Shown one piece after another: positions 1-8,351 of a stretch of 64,000 bases of DNA. The DNA lies in the NCBI GenBank assembly GCA_903882875.1, contig CAIRYQ010000023.1:3680-67679 (forward strand), read 5' to 3'. The translations under genes and the position numbers were made by a program. The DNA comes from an uncultured Spartobacteria bacterium (GTDB lineage Bacteria; Verrucomicrobiota; Verrucomicrobiia; Chthoniobacterales; Chthoniobacteraceae). The stretch's first letter is position 1, and every line of letters starts with the position of its first letter. The notes under the pieces are model-generated. The model saw only the letters and a program-made list of their open reading frames with translations, ran no database searches and was not told the origin of the DNA.

Positions 1-313
1 TCAGGATGTCGGCGCGCGGCACAACCTGCGCATCGGCACCTTCGGCCACATGGGCGACGGCAACCTGCATCCCACTTTCCTCACCGACGAAAAAAACGCC
101 GCCGAGATGACGCGCGTCGAACTCGCGATGCAGGAAATCTTCGACTTCGCCATCTCGCTCGGCGGCACGATCACCGGCGAGCACGGCGTCGGCCTCGCGA
201 AGAAACCCTTCCTCCGCCGCGCCCTCGGAAACGCGAGCCTCGACCTGATGAAGCTGCTCAAGAAATCGCTCGACCCGCTCGGCATTTTGAATCCGGGAAA
301 GATTTTCGATTAA
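1..313 (+). CDS. glcD: FAD-linked oxidase, glycolate oxidase subunit GlcD-like, C-terminal fragment (5' end outside window)
   Basis: The frame is open from nt 2. The C-terminal motif FGHMGDGNLHP...GGTITGEHGVGLAKK...LDPLGILNPGKIF is typical of FAD-binding oxidase C-termini. It is followed by a glcF-like gene. Confidence 0.8.
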   Translation, partial: QDVGARHNLRIGTFGHMGDGNLHPTFLTDEKNAAEMTRVELAMQEIFDFAISLGGTITGEHGVGLAKKPFLRRALGNASLDLMKLLKKSLDPLGILNPGKIFD

Positions 314-353
314 GCCGGCGCAAGCGTGCTCCTTTAAGCAGACGACACCTTTC

Positions 354-1721
354 ATGCACCCACACGCTCCGAAAACTCCGCTGCCGCCCTCGCCCGGCGC
401 GAAGCCATTCTATTTGAAGGATCTCGATTTCGGCGTGCTCGCGCAGTGCATCCATTGCGGCCTGTGCCTGCCGACGTGCCCGACTTACGACGCGACGAAA
501 TTGGAAAAACACAGCCCGCGCGGACGCATCCAGCTCATGCGGAATGTCGCCGAGGGGCGGCTCGATCTCACCGAGGCGTTTGGCGACGAAATGTATTTCT
601 GCCTCGGCTGCCTCGCGTGCGAGACGGCGTGCCCGGCGGGCGTGGACTACACGCGCATGTTTGAGGAGGCGCGCGCAGACATCGAGCGCGCGGGAATCCT
701 GAACACGGAAAAGCGGAACTGGATCCGCAGCATCATGCTGCGCGGAGTCTTCACGCGCCCGTGGCTGCTGCGGCTCATCGGCCGCATGCTGCGCATCTAT
801 CAGGCGAGCGGAATGGAGTGGCTCGTGAAGAAACTCGGCCTGCTCCGGCTGCTGCCGAAAAATCTCCGCGAACTCGAACCGCTCACACCGCGCGTGGAGC
901 GCGATTTTTCCGACGCGCTCATCGCCGAGGTCGAGACTCCGAAGGACGCGGCGCGCAAACGCGTGGGAATGCTCACCGGCTGCGTGCAGGATCTCACATA
1001 TTCCAGCGTGAACCGCGACACTGTGGACGTGCTGCTCGCGAATGGCTGCGAGGTCATCACCCCGCGGATGCAGCACTGCTGCGGTTCGCTGCACGGCCAC
1101 AACGGCGAGGTGGACACCGCACGCGACATGGCGCGGCGGAACATTGACGCCATGGAACGCAGCGCGGGATCGCTCGACGATCTCGACGCCATCATCACGA
1201 ATGCGGGCGGCTGCGGCTCGCACCTGAAGCACTACGATCACCTGCTCCACGACGACCCGCGCTACGCCGCACGCGCGCGCAAGTGGACGGCGAAGGTGAA
1301 GGACGTGCATGAATTTCTCTCCGCCATCGGCACGGTGAAACCAACCGGCGTTGGCACTGAACAAGTCGTGACGTATCACGAGAGCTGCCATCTTTGCCAC
1401 GGGCAGAAGATCACGAAGCAGCCGCGCGAATTGCTGAAGCTGATCCCCGGCCTGAAGCTCGTCGAGTTGCCCGAGTCCTCGTGGTGTTGCGGCAGTGCGG
1501 GCGTTTACAACATCACGCAGCCCGAGATGTCCGCGAAGCTGCTCGACCGCAAGATGGCCAACATCGCGAAGACCGGCGCGAAGTGCGTCGCCAACGGCAA
1601 CCCCGGCTGCAGCGTGCAGCTCGAAGCCGGCGTGCGCACCGCGGGCAGCGATGTGGAAATTGTGCATCCGATCACGCTGCTCGCGCGGGCGTATCGCGGT
1701 GGGCAAGGCGGAGAAAAATAG
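354..1721 (+). CDS. glcF: (Fe-S)-binding protein, glycolate oxidase iron-sulfur subunit GlcF-like
   Basis: Two 4Fe-4S ferredoxin-type motifs (CIHCGLCLPTCP, CLGCLACETACP) plus C-terminal cysteine-rich CCG-type domains. It lies immediately downstream of glcD. Confidence 0.85.
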   Translation: MHPHAPKTPLPPSPGAKPFYLKDLDFGVLAQCIHCGLCLPTCPTYDATKLEKHSPRGRIQLMRNVAEGRLDLTEAFGDEMYFCLGCLACETACPAGVDYTRMFEEARADIERAGILNTEKRNWIRSIMLRGVFTRPWLLRLIGRMLRIYQASGMEWLVKKLGLLRLLPKNLRELEPLTPRVERDFSDALIAEVETPKDAARKRVGMLTGCVQDLTYSSVNRDTVDVLLANGCEVITPRMQHCCGSLHGHNGEVDTARDMARRNIDAMERSAGSLDDLDAIITNAGGCGSHLKHYDHLLHDDPRYAARARKWTAKVKDVHEFLSAIGTVKPTGVGTEQVVTYHESCHLCHGQKITKQPRELLKLIPGLKLVELPESSWCCGSAGVYNITQPEMSAKLLDRKMANIAKTGAKCVANGNPGCSVQLEAGVRTAGSDVEIVHPITLLARAYRGGQGGEK

Positions 1722-1879
1722 CCGTGCCCGCCTCGCGTCCCGGAGGGACAAGAGAAATTAGCCAGTGGTTGATCTACGAAGTTCATCTGCCGGTTCCTTT
1801 CGCCGATGCGCGTTTTGATCCTTCATCCCCGCATGGCTCTGGGAATTTTCACAGAGGTCCCGGTCTGTGAAGTCCGGGA

Positions 1880-3685
1880 CTAAGTTGCGACTGCGACTGC
1901 GGGCTCGACCCACTTGCCGTGCTCGCGGATGAGGTCCTTCAGCCGGTCCACGGCCTCGGCCTCGGGGATGTTGAACTTCACGGCCTGCTTGCCCACGTAG
2001 AGGTTCACCTTGCCCGGCGCGCCGCCGACGTAGCCGAAGTCCGCATCGGCCATTTCGCCGGGCCCGTTCACGATGCAGCCCATGATGGCGATTTTCACGC
2101 CCTTGAGATGCAGCGTGGAGGCTTTGATTTTTGCGGTCGTGCTTTGCAGATCGAACAACGTGCGGCCGCAGCTCGGGCAGGCGACGTAGTCCGTTTTGAA
2201 AATGCGCGCGCCTGCTGCTTGCAGGATGTTGAACGCGAGGCGGAGCGACTGGCCGGGCGCTTCCTCGCCCTGGATGAGGATGGCGTCGCCGATGCCGTCG
2301 CAGAGCAGCGAGCCGATGTTCGCGGAACTCTCCAGCAGCGCGTCGAGGAACGGACGCTGCGCGTCGTGCGACGGAGTGAGCGTGTCCTTCAGCAAAATCG
2401 GATGCTTCGCCGTGAGGCGCGCAGCAAGAAGGCGGAATGCAGCGACAGTGGAAATTGCGAGGCCGTCCTTCACGGTGACGAGGTGCGGCTCGTCGGCGTC
2501 GTTGATTTCGGCGATGGCGCTGTCTTCACGCGGATCGATTTCGACGACGCCGGAAAGTTCGTAGATGAAGTCCGGCTGAAAATCACCGAGCGAGCGGACC
2601 TTGTGGGCGATGAGGTCGAACTTCCCTTGCCGGATGGCGACACGCGGGACTTCCTCGTCGCCGATGCCGACGGTGATGGAGTTGTGTTTGTCGTTCGGAA
2701 CCGCTGGGATCTTGATGCGCAGGCTCTCGCGGTGGCGGTAGGTGAAGGGGTCGAAGGACACGGGCGTCTCCGCCGCGCCGGGCGCGAAAAGCGCGGCGCC
2801 GATGTGGTGCTTCACGCCGGCGAGGGCCTTGGCGACGGGGATTTCGTGGACGCTGTCCTCGGTGAGCGAGACGCGGATGGTGTCGCCGATGCCGTCATTG
2901 AGCAGCGAGCCGATGCCGATGGCGGATTTGATGCGCCCATCTTCGCCGTCGCCGGCCTCGGTGACGCCAAGATGGATCGGATAATTCCAATCGGGCCCTT
3001 CCTCCGCGAGGCGCGCGACCAACAGCCGATACGCCTCGATCATCACCTTCGGGTTCGAGGACTTCATCGAGAAGACGAACTCGTGGTAGTCGAGTTCGCG
3101 GGCGATGCGGGCGAATTCCAGCGCGCTCTCGACCATGCCGAGCGGCGTGTCGCCGTAGCGGTTCATGATGCGGTCGCTGAGCGAGCCGTGGTTCGTGCCG
3201 ATGCGCATGGCGCGGCCGTGCTCCTTGCAAAATTTCACCAGAGGCGAGAAGCGCTCGCGGATGCGCTCCAGCTCGGCGGCATACTGCCCGTCGGTGTATT
3301 CGACGATCTTGAACTTTTTCGAGTCGGCGTAATTACCGGGGTTCACGCGGATTTTCTCGACCCACTTCGCGGCCTCCATCGCGGCCTCGGGCTTGAAATG
3401 GATGTCGGCGACAATCGGCACATTACATCCGCGCGCACGGAGGCCGGCGACGATGTGCTGGAGATTCGCCGCGTCCTTCACGGTTGGGGCGGTGATGCGG
3501 ACGATTTCGCAGCCGACTGCAGCGAGATCCATCGTCTGCCTGATGGAAGCCTCGGTGTCCATCGTGTCGCACGTAATCATGGACTGCACGCGGATCGGAT
3601 TGTCGCCGCCGATGGCGACATTTCCGACATGGACGACGCGCGTGGCGCGACGCCGGTAGTGATAGAGCGAGGAGCAGTGCTGCAT
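1880..3685 (-). CDS. ispG: 4-hydroxy-3-methylbut-2-en-1-yl diphosphate synthase (flavodoxin), long form with inserted domain
   Basis: 601 aa. The N-terminus RRATRVVHVGNVAIGGDNPIRVQSMITCDT and the C-terminus ACPSCGRT...MGCIVNGPGEMADADFGYVG are IspG hallmarks. The length implies the central insert domain of long-form IspG. Confidence 0.95.
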   Translation of the reverse strand: MQHCSSLYHYRRRATRVVHVGNVAIGGDNPIRVQSMITCDTMDTEASIRQTMDLAAVGCEIVRITAPTVKDAANLQHIVAGLRARGCNVPIVADIHFKPEAAMEAAKWVEKIRVNPGNYADSKKFKIVEYTDGQYAAELERIRERFSPLVKFCKEHGRAMRIGTNHGSLSDRIMNRYGDTPLGMVESALEFARIARELDYHEFVFSMKSSNPKVMIEAYRLLVARLAEEGPDWNYPIHLGVTEAGDGEDGRIKSAIGIGSLLNDGIGDTIRVSLTEDSVHEIPVAKALAGVKHHIGAALFAPGAAETPVSFDPFTYRHRESLRIKIPAVPNDKHNSITVGIGDEEVPRVAIRQGKFDLIAHKVRSLGDFQPDFIYELSGVVEIDPREDSAIAEINDADEPHLVTVKDGLAISTVAAFRLLAARLTAKHPILLKDTLTPSHDAQRPFLDALLESSANIGSLLCDGIGDAILIQGEEAPGQSLRLAFNILQAAGARIFKTDYVACPSCGRTLFDLQSTTAKIKASTLHLKGVKIAIMGCIVNGPGEMADADFGYVGGAPGKVNLYVGKQAVKFNIPEAEAVDRLKDLIREHGKWVEPAVAVAT

Positions 3686-3716
3686 GGGAAAATGGAGGCG
3701 GGCGGGCCGGCGGACC

Positions 3717-5423
3717 TTAGCTCGATTTCACAGCCGCGGCGCGTTCCCGGAATCGCATCGGTGGCTTTTCCTTCTCCTTTTTGCCGCCGCCGAAAAGATC
3801 CTGCACATCGAACATCGTGATGAAGAGCATCGTGCCGATGACGAGGAAAGTGCCGGCGATCTGCACATATTCGACGACCTTCGCTGTGCGCGCGCCGGGC
3901 GGCCTGCCGCGGATGAGTTCGACGAGCGCGAGCGTGATGTGACTGCCGTCGAGCGGCGGGATGGGGAGCATGTTCATGAGCGCGAGGTTCACGTTGATGA
4001 TCACGCTGAACCACAGCACGAGCCGCCAATTGTCCGGGTTCTCGAAAAGCATGTAGTAGATGCGCATCATCATCACCGGCCCGCCGAGCTGCTGGATGCC
4101 GATGCCGCTCTTCGACGTGGGCGAGAGTTTTTTCACCGTCTCGAAAATCTGGTTCGCCGCCTGGCTGAGCTGCTCGCCGGGGTGCGGATAAATGGGCGAT
4201 GTGCGCCCACGCTGATCAAAGACGAGGCCGTCGCTGCGTTCCATCAGGATGCCGATGCTGGGCTTCGGTTTCGCAGTTCCTTCCACCTCGACCGGAATCT
4301 CGGGCGTGACCTTCAGCTCCTTCGTCTCAGCGCCGCGCTCTATGCTGAGGGTGACTTCCTTGCCTTCGCGTTCCCAGACGTACGGAGGGAATGCCACGCC
4401 GTACGGCATCACCCGGCCGTCCACGGAGAGGACGCGGTCTCCTTTTTTCAGCCCCGCCACCTGTGCCGGGCTGCCGGGGTAAACTTCGCCCACCGTGAAA
4501 CCGCGCGGCTCGAAAGCAAGGTCCACCGAGGGATAGGTTCCGGCGGCTTTTTTCGCGCCACGCTCGACGGTGATCACGATCGGCTCGCCGGGATGCGCCT
4601 TGATCCAGTCGCCGACGCTGGCGTCGCCGTAAATCGGTTCACCGCCGACGCGGACGAGCACATCATTCGGCTGGAAGCCCGCCTTTTCCGCCGCGCTGTC
4701 CTTCACGATCGAGGCGACCATCGGGTGGCTCGCCGCGGCGATGCCGATCTGCTTCAGGCCCTTGCGCTGATACCATTTCGTCGGCTCGACGATCGGCGTT
4801 ACCGGGATCGTCTCCATCTTGCCTTCACGTTTCACGTCGAGGGTGATTTTTTCCTCCTCGCTGCCGACGATGCTCCACTGGATCGCGTCCTGCGCCTGCC
4901 CGGCCCAGCGTTTCACGCCGTGGCCGTCAATGCGCTGGATGTCATCGCCAGCCTTGAGTCCTGCCTTTGCCGCCGGCGAATCCGGCTGGACGTAGCCGAT
5001 CGTCGTCGTGCGCTCGCCCTCGGCGACCGGCCTGCCGACCTGCCACACGATGACGGCGAACGTCGCCGCGAGCAGGAAGCTGAACAGAGGTCCCGCGAAC
5101 GCGACGATGATTTTGTCGAGCGGCTTGAGCTTCGGCAGATCCTTTGCGGCGAATTCGCCCTGCCCCTCGATGGCGGAATCCATGAGCTGCGGCAGCTTCA
5201 CAAAGCCGCCCGCCGGGATGCTGCCGAGGCTGTAGAGCACCCCGCCGATGCGCTTCTGCCAGATCGGTTTTCCAAACCAGATGCCGAAGCCCTCGATGTG
5301 CAGCCCTCGCCATTTCGCCGCGAAAAAGTGGCCCAGCTCGTGGACGATGATGAGCAGGTTGAAGATGAGGATGACCTCGAGAATGATGCCGATGAATTTC
5401 AGGACGGCGAAAAATGTTTCCAT
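3717..5423 (-). CDS. rseP: RIP metalloprotease RseP (site-2 protease, M50 family) with PDZ domains
   Basis: HELGHFFAAKWRG zinc motif at the N-terminus, repeated PDZ-like segments (PAAKAGLKAGDDI, AAEKAGFQPNDVL, PAQVAGLKKGDRV) and a C-terminal LNMLPIPPLDG motif. Confidence 0.9.
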   Translation of the reverse strand: METFFAVLKFIGIILEVILIFNLLIIVHELGHFFAAKWRGLHIEGFGIWFGKPIWQKRIGGVLYSLGSIPAGGFVKLPQLMDSAIEGQGEFAAKDLPKLKPLDKIIVAFAGPLFSFLLAATFAVIVWQVGRPVAEGERTTTIGYVQPDSPAAKAGLKAGDDIQRIDGHGVKRWAGQAQDAIQWSIVGSEEEKITLDVKREGKMETIPVTPIVEPTKWYQRKGLKQIGIAAASHPMVASIVKDSAAEKAGFQPNDVLVRVGGEPIYGDASVGDWIKAHPGEPIVITVERGAKKAAGTYPSVDLAFEPRGFTVGEVYPGSPAQVAGLKKGDRVLSVDGRVMPYGVAFPPYVWEREGKEVTLSIERGAETKELKVTPEIPVEVEGTAKPKPSIGILMERSDGLVFDQRGRTSPIYPHPGEQLSQAANQIFETVKKLSPTSKSGIGIQQLGGPVMMMRIYYMLFENPDNWRLVLWFSVIINVNLALMNMLPIPPLDGSHITLALVELIRGRPPGARTAKVVEYVQIAGTFLVIGTMLFITMFDVQDLFGGGKKEKEKPPMRFRERAAAVKSS

Positions 5424-5477
5424 GTGAGAGGGTCGGACAGTATTCGGCGCGGGACGTTCAGCAACACGAACCTCGGG

Positions 5478-5879
5478 CTAGCGAAGTTCGTCGAGCGAAT
5501 GCACGACGCGCAGGCCGGGGATGTGGTCGAAATGCCGATCGTACGTGAGCACGACAGCGCCGATGCGCAGCGCGCACGCGGCGATGATGATGTCCTGCGC
5601 TGGCATGTTGTTGCCCTTGCGCGTGACGTGCCAGCCGATCTCGCAGGCGTCTTCCCAGAGCTGGTTGTCAGTCGTCACGTTTTGCATCACGTCGAAAAAT
5701 GCATCCATGCCCTGCCGCGCGCGGGGCGTGGCGAGACCGCGGATCACTTCGAGACGCACCATCCCGCACGTGGCGAGATCGGTGAGATCCAGCCGGCCCA
5801 TGAGTTCCTCGCCCGGATCGCGCCGCGCTTTCAGCAGCGTGATGAAGACGCAGCTATCTACCAGGACGGGGCTTTCCAT
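5478..5879 (-). CDS. vapC: PIN-domain ribonuclease, type II toxin VapC family
   Basis: 133 aa. The N-terminal VLVDSCVFI and C-terminal LTYDRHF motifs are typical of PIN toxins. It overlaps the upstream small antitoxin-like ORF; the start may be an internal GTG at 5861. Confidence 0.8.
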   Translation of the reverse strand: MESPVLVDSCVFITLLKARRDPGEELMGRLDLTDLATCGMVRLEVIRGLATPRARQGMDAFFDVMQNVTTDNQLWEDACEIGWHVTRKGNNMPAQDIIIAACALRIGAVVLTYDRHFDHIPGLRVVHSLDELR

Positions 5880-6117
5880 AGCGCACAGGCGGCGGCGGCT
5901 CGGCGACCCTCAGTGCGAGCGGATCGTAATCCGGCAGGACGGCGTTCGCGAGTTCATCCGGTGTGAGACCGAGGCCGGTCTTGCCGAATTCGCGGAGCTT
6001 CCTCTTCCGGACCAATTCGCGCAGGGCAAAGTCCACTGCGTCGGTCTTGGTGACGCAGCCAAATGTGTCCATCACTTCGTCGAGGAGCTTCTCATCAATG
6101 TGCATGGTCATCTTCAT
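5854..6117 (-). CDS. vapB: Type II antitoxin (VapB/DUF2191-like)
   Basis: 87 aa. MHIDEKLLDEVMDTFGCVTKTDAVDFALRELV resembles the VapB/Arc-like family. It sits directly upstream of the PIN toxin and overlaps it. Confidence 0.65.
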   Translation of the reverse strand: MKMTMHIDEKLLDEVMDTFGCVTKTDAVDFALRELVRKRKLREFGKTGLGLTPDELANAVLPDYDPLALRVAEPPPPVRYGKPRPGR

Positions 6118-6156
6118 GCCATACTATGTATGGCAACCTGCGTGCCGCGTCAAATT

Positions 6157-7314
6157 CTATCTCGCAAATTGTGCGATTTTTTCCGCTGCGATGGCGCGTG
6201 CCCACGAGTCGGCGTCGAGGATTTCTGCGAGCGAGGCGTGGGGCTTGTTCCTGTGTGCGCGCATCACACTTTCGACAGTGCGCCAGATCGCGGGGAAGCT
6301 GCACCGATCGTCGAGGAAAGTGGCGACGGCGACTTCGTTGGCGGCATTCATCACCGAGGGCAGCGTGCCGCCATCGGTGCCGGCCCAGCGGGCGAGATCG
6401 AGTGCGGGGAAATCCTTCGTGCGCGGGGCTTCGAATTCGAGCTTCGCGAGCTTGGTGAAATCGAGCGGCGGCAGGCGGTTCGGCACGCGCTCGGGCCACG
6501 TGACTGCGAATTGGATCGGGAAGCACATGTCCGTCGCGCTGAGTTGCGCGAGCACGGAGTTGTCCACGAATTCCACCATCGAATGCACGATGCTCTGCGG
6601 ATGCACGACCACGTCCACGCGCGCCATTTCCACGTCGAAGAGCCACCGCGCCTCGATCATTTCGAGGCCCTTGTTGAAGAGCGTCGCGGAATCAATCGTG
6701 ATCTTCGCACCCATCACCCACGTCGGATGTTTCAACGCCTGAGCACGCGTGACTTTTTCCAAATCCGCCACGGGCAATGTGCGGAACGGTCCACCGCTCG
6801 CGGTGAGAATGATGCGCCGCACCTGTTCCGGGCTGCGGCCCTCGATGCACTGGAAAATCGCGTTGTGCTCGCTGTCCACGGGGAGCACCTGCACACCCCT
6901 TTTCCGCGCGGCGGTCATCACCGCTTCGCCGGCCATCACGAGGATTTCCTTGCTCGCGACGGCGATGTCCTTCCCCGCCTCGATCGCCGCGAGCGCGGGC
7001 CGCAGGCCTGCTGTGCCGACGATCGCGATGAGCACGAGATCGGCTTCGGGCAATGCGGCGAGTTCGCAGAGCCCTTCATCACCGGCAAGAACGGGGCATT
7101 CGATTGCAGATTGCAGATCGCGGATTGCAGATTGCTCCGCGACCGATACGGCCCTCGGGTGAAATTCCCGCGCCTGCTCGATCAGCCGCGCGGAGTTTTT
7201 CCCGGCGGCGAGGCCGACGACTTCCATGCGCTCGGGGATGTCGCGCGCGACCTTCAGCGCGCTTTCGCCGATGCTCCCGGTGGAGCCGAGGATGACGACG
7301 CGGCGCTTTTTCAT
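6157..7314 (-). CDS. dxr: 1-deoxy-D-xylulose 5-phosphate reductoisomerase
   Basis: 385 aa. VVILGSTGSIGESAL NADPH-binding N-terminus and PVDSEHNAIFQC catalytic motif. ATGA overlap with the cdsA stop. Confidence 0.95.
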   Translation of the reverse strand: MKKRRVVILGSTGSIGESALKVARDIPERMEVVGLAAGKNSARLIEQAREFHPRAVSVAEQSAIRDLQSAIECPVLAGDEGLCELAALPEADLVLIAIVGTAGLRPALAAIEAGKDIAVASKEILVMAGEAVMTAARKRGVQVLPVDSEHNAIFQCIEGRSPEQVRRIILTASGGPFRTLPVADLEKVTRAQALKHPTWVMGAKITIDSATLFNKGLEMIEARWLFDVEMARVDVVVHPQSIVHSMVEFVDNSVLAQLSATDMCFPIQFAVTWPERVPNRLPPLDFTKLAKLEFEAPRTKDFPALDLARWAGTDGGTLPSVMNAANEVAVATFLDDRCSFPAIWRTVESVMRAHRNKPHASLAEILDADSWARAIAAEKIAQFAR

Positions 7315-8201
7315 CGGGACAAGATGAAACGCAGGTAGAAATACATCATCGGCGCGGTGAAGAGGATGCTGTCAATCAGGTCGAGCGCGCCGCCGATGCC
7401 TGGAAGGAAACGCCCGCTGTCCTTCGCGCCGCAGCTCCGTTTCAGCAGCGACTCCGCGAGGTCGCCGACGATGGCCGCGAAGCCGAGGATCAGCCCGAGG
7501 ATCACCGCGTCAGTCTGTTTCAAAAAGTGAAGTTTCTCCGGCATCAGCGCGACCAGCCCGCAGCCGCCGCCCACACTGAATGCGAGCGCGCCGAAAAATC
7601 CCTCCCACGTCTTCTTCGGCGAGATGTGCGGCACGAGCGGGTGTTTGCCGATGAGCGTGCCGGTGAGATACGCGCCCATGTCGCTGAACTTCGTCACCAG
7701 CACGAGGAAGAGCACGTAAAAATGGCCGGTCACAAAACCGTCGGCAGTCCGCGGCGTGAGATACACGATTTTTGCGACGAAGCTGAACGGCCACGGCACG
7801 TAGAACAGCCCGAAGAGCGTCAGCGCCATTGTCTCCAGCGGCACAAGCTCCACCACACGCACGAACATCTGCCGCGCGAAAACCACGAGCATGAAAAGCA
7901 GCAGCGCGCCGATTTCAAAATTGTAGAGCGCGTCCGGATTCAGTCTGCGCCAGCCGAGCAGGTAGAAGCTCCCGCCGAGCATCAGCGCGCCGCAGAACAG
8001 GCCGAACATTTTGAAGTTCGGCAGCTTCTTCGCGTCGAGCATCAGGTAGTACTCCAGCAGGCCGACAAGCCCGAGCCCGGAGATCAGCAGCACGAAGCCC
8101 GTCTCGTTGCCGCTCAGGATCGTCCACAGCGCGAGGCTCCACAGCACGACGGTGCTCGCGAAACGGCGGAGAAAAGTGAGCTTGCGGTCGGTCATCGGCA
8201 T
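7311..8201 (-). CDS. cdsA: Phosphatidate cytidylyltransferase
   Basis: Only the C-terminal ~296 aa of the 1056-aa track ORF look real. This part is multi-TM and carries the CdsA signature SDMGAYLTGTLIGKHPL...ISPKKTWEG...GDLAESLLKR. ATG candidates at 8201 and 8195. Confidence 0.85.
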   Translation of the reverse strand: MPMTDRKLTFLRRFASTVVLWSLALWTILSGNETGFVLLISGLGLVGLLEYYLMLDAKKLPNFKMFGLFCGALMLGGSFYLLGWRRLNPDALYNFEIGALLLFMLVVFARQMFVRVVELVPLETMALTLFGLFYVPWPFSFVAKIVYLTPRTADGFVTGHFYVLFLVLVTKFSDMGAYLTGTLIGKHPLVPHISPKKTWEGFFGALAFSVGGGCGLVALMPEKLHFLKQTDAVILGLILGFAAIVGDLAESLLKRSCGAKDSGRFLPGIGGALDLIDSILFTAPMMYFYLRFILSR

Positions 8202-8351
8202 CGGCGGCGCGGAAGGTGGCGGGCAGGCGCGCATGTGTCGAGTGCGGAGCCATTGAGGAGCCGACAATCGGCCGGCAGATTTGTCGGCCACGCATTCCAC
8301 GCGCGGGCTTGCTACGTGCGCAGCGGAACCGGTAACGTCGCCGGTTCCGCA

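Noticed and set aside
258-1751. 497-aa minus-strand ORF antisense to glcF, plus the many similar long ORFs. Examples: 1919-3820+, 3684-5966+, 5521-7338+, 10806-11789-, 12532-13566-, 15112-16503-, 16803-17906+, 18505-20064+, 22638-24371+, 24430-25704+, 28178-29314+, 29152-30102+, 31128-32147+, 32900-33835+, 42962-44338-, 43102-44379+, 45502-46740+, 47520-48263-, 48747-50483-, 50911-51984-, 52447-53319+, 56116-57105-, 57619-58770-, 58422-60512+, 60886-61881+, 62000-62800-.
   Set aside because: All lie opposite or out of frame to genes with clear family signatures. They have extreme Arg/Ala/Gly/His composition and no recognisable motifs. This is the expected behaviour of high-GC DNA, where stop codons are rare in non-coding frames.
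1857-1880. Hairpin gtcccgg...ccgggac as a terminator between glcF and ispG
   Set aside because: The 7-bp stem overlaps the ispG stop codon and has no adjacent T-tract on either strand. The evidence is insufficient.
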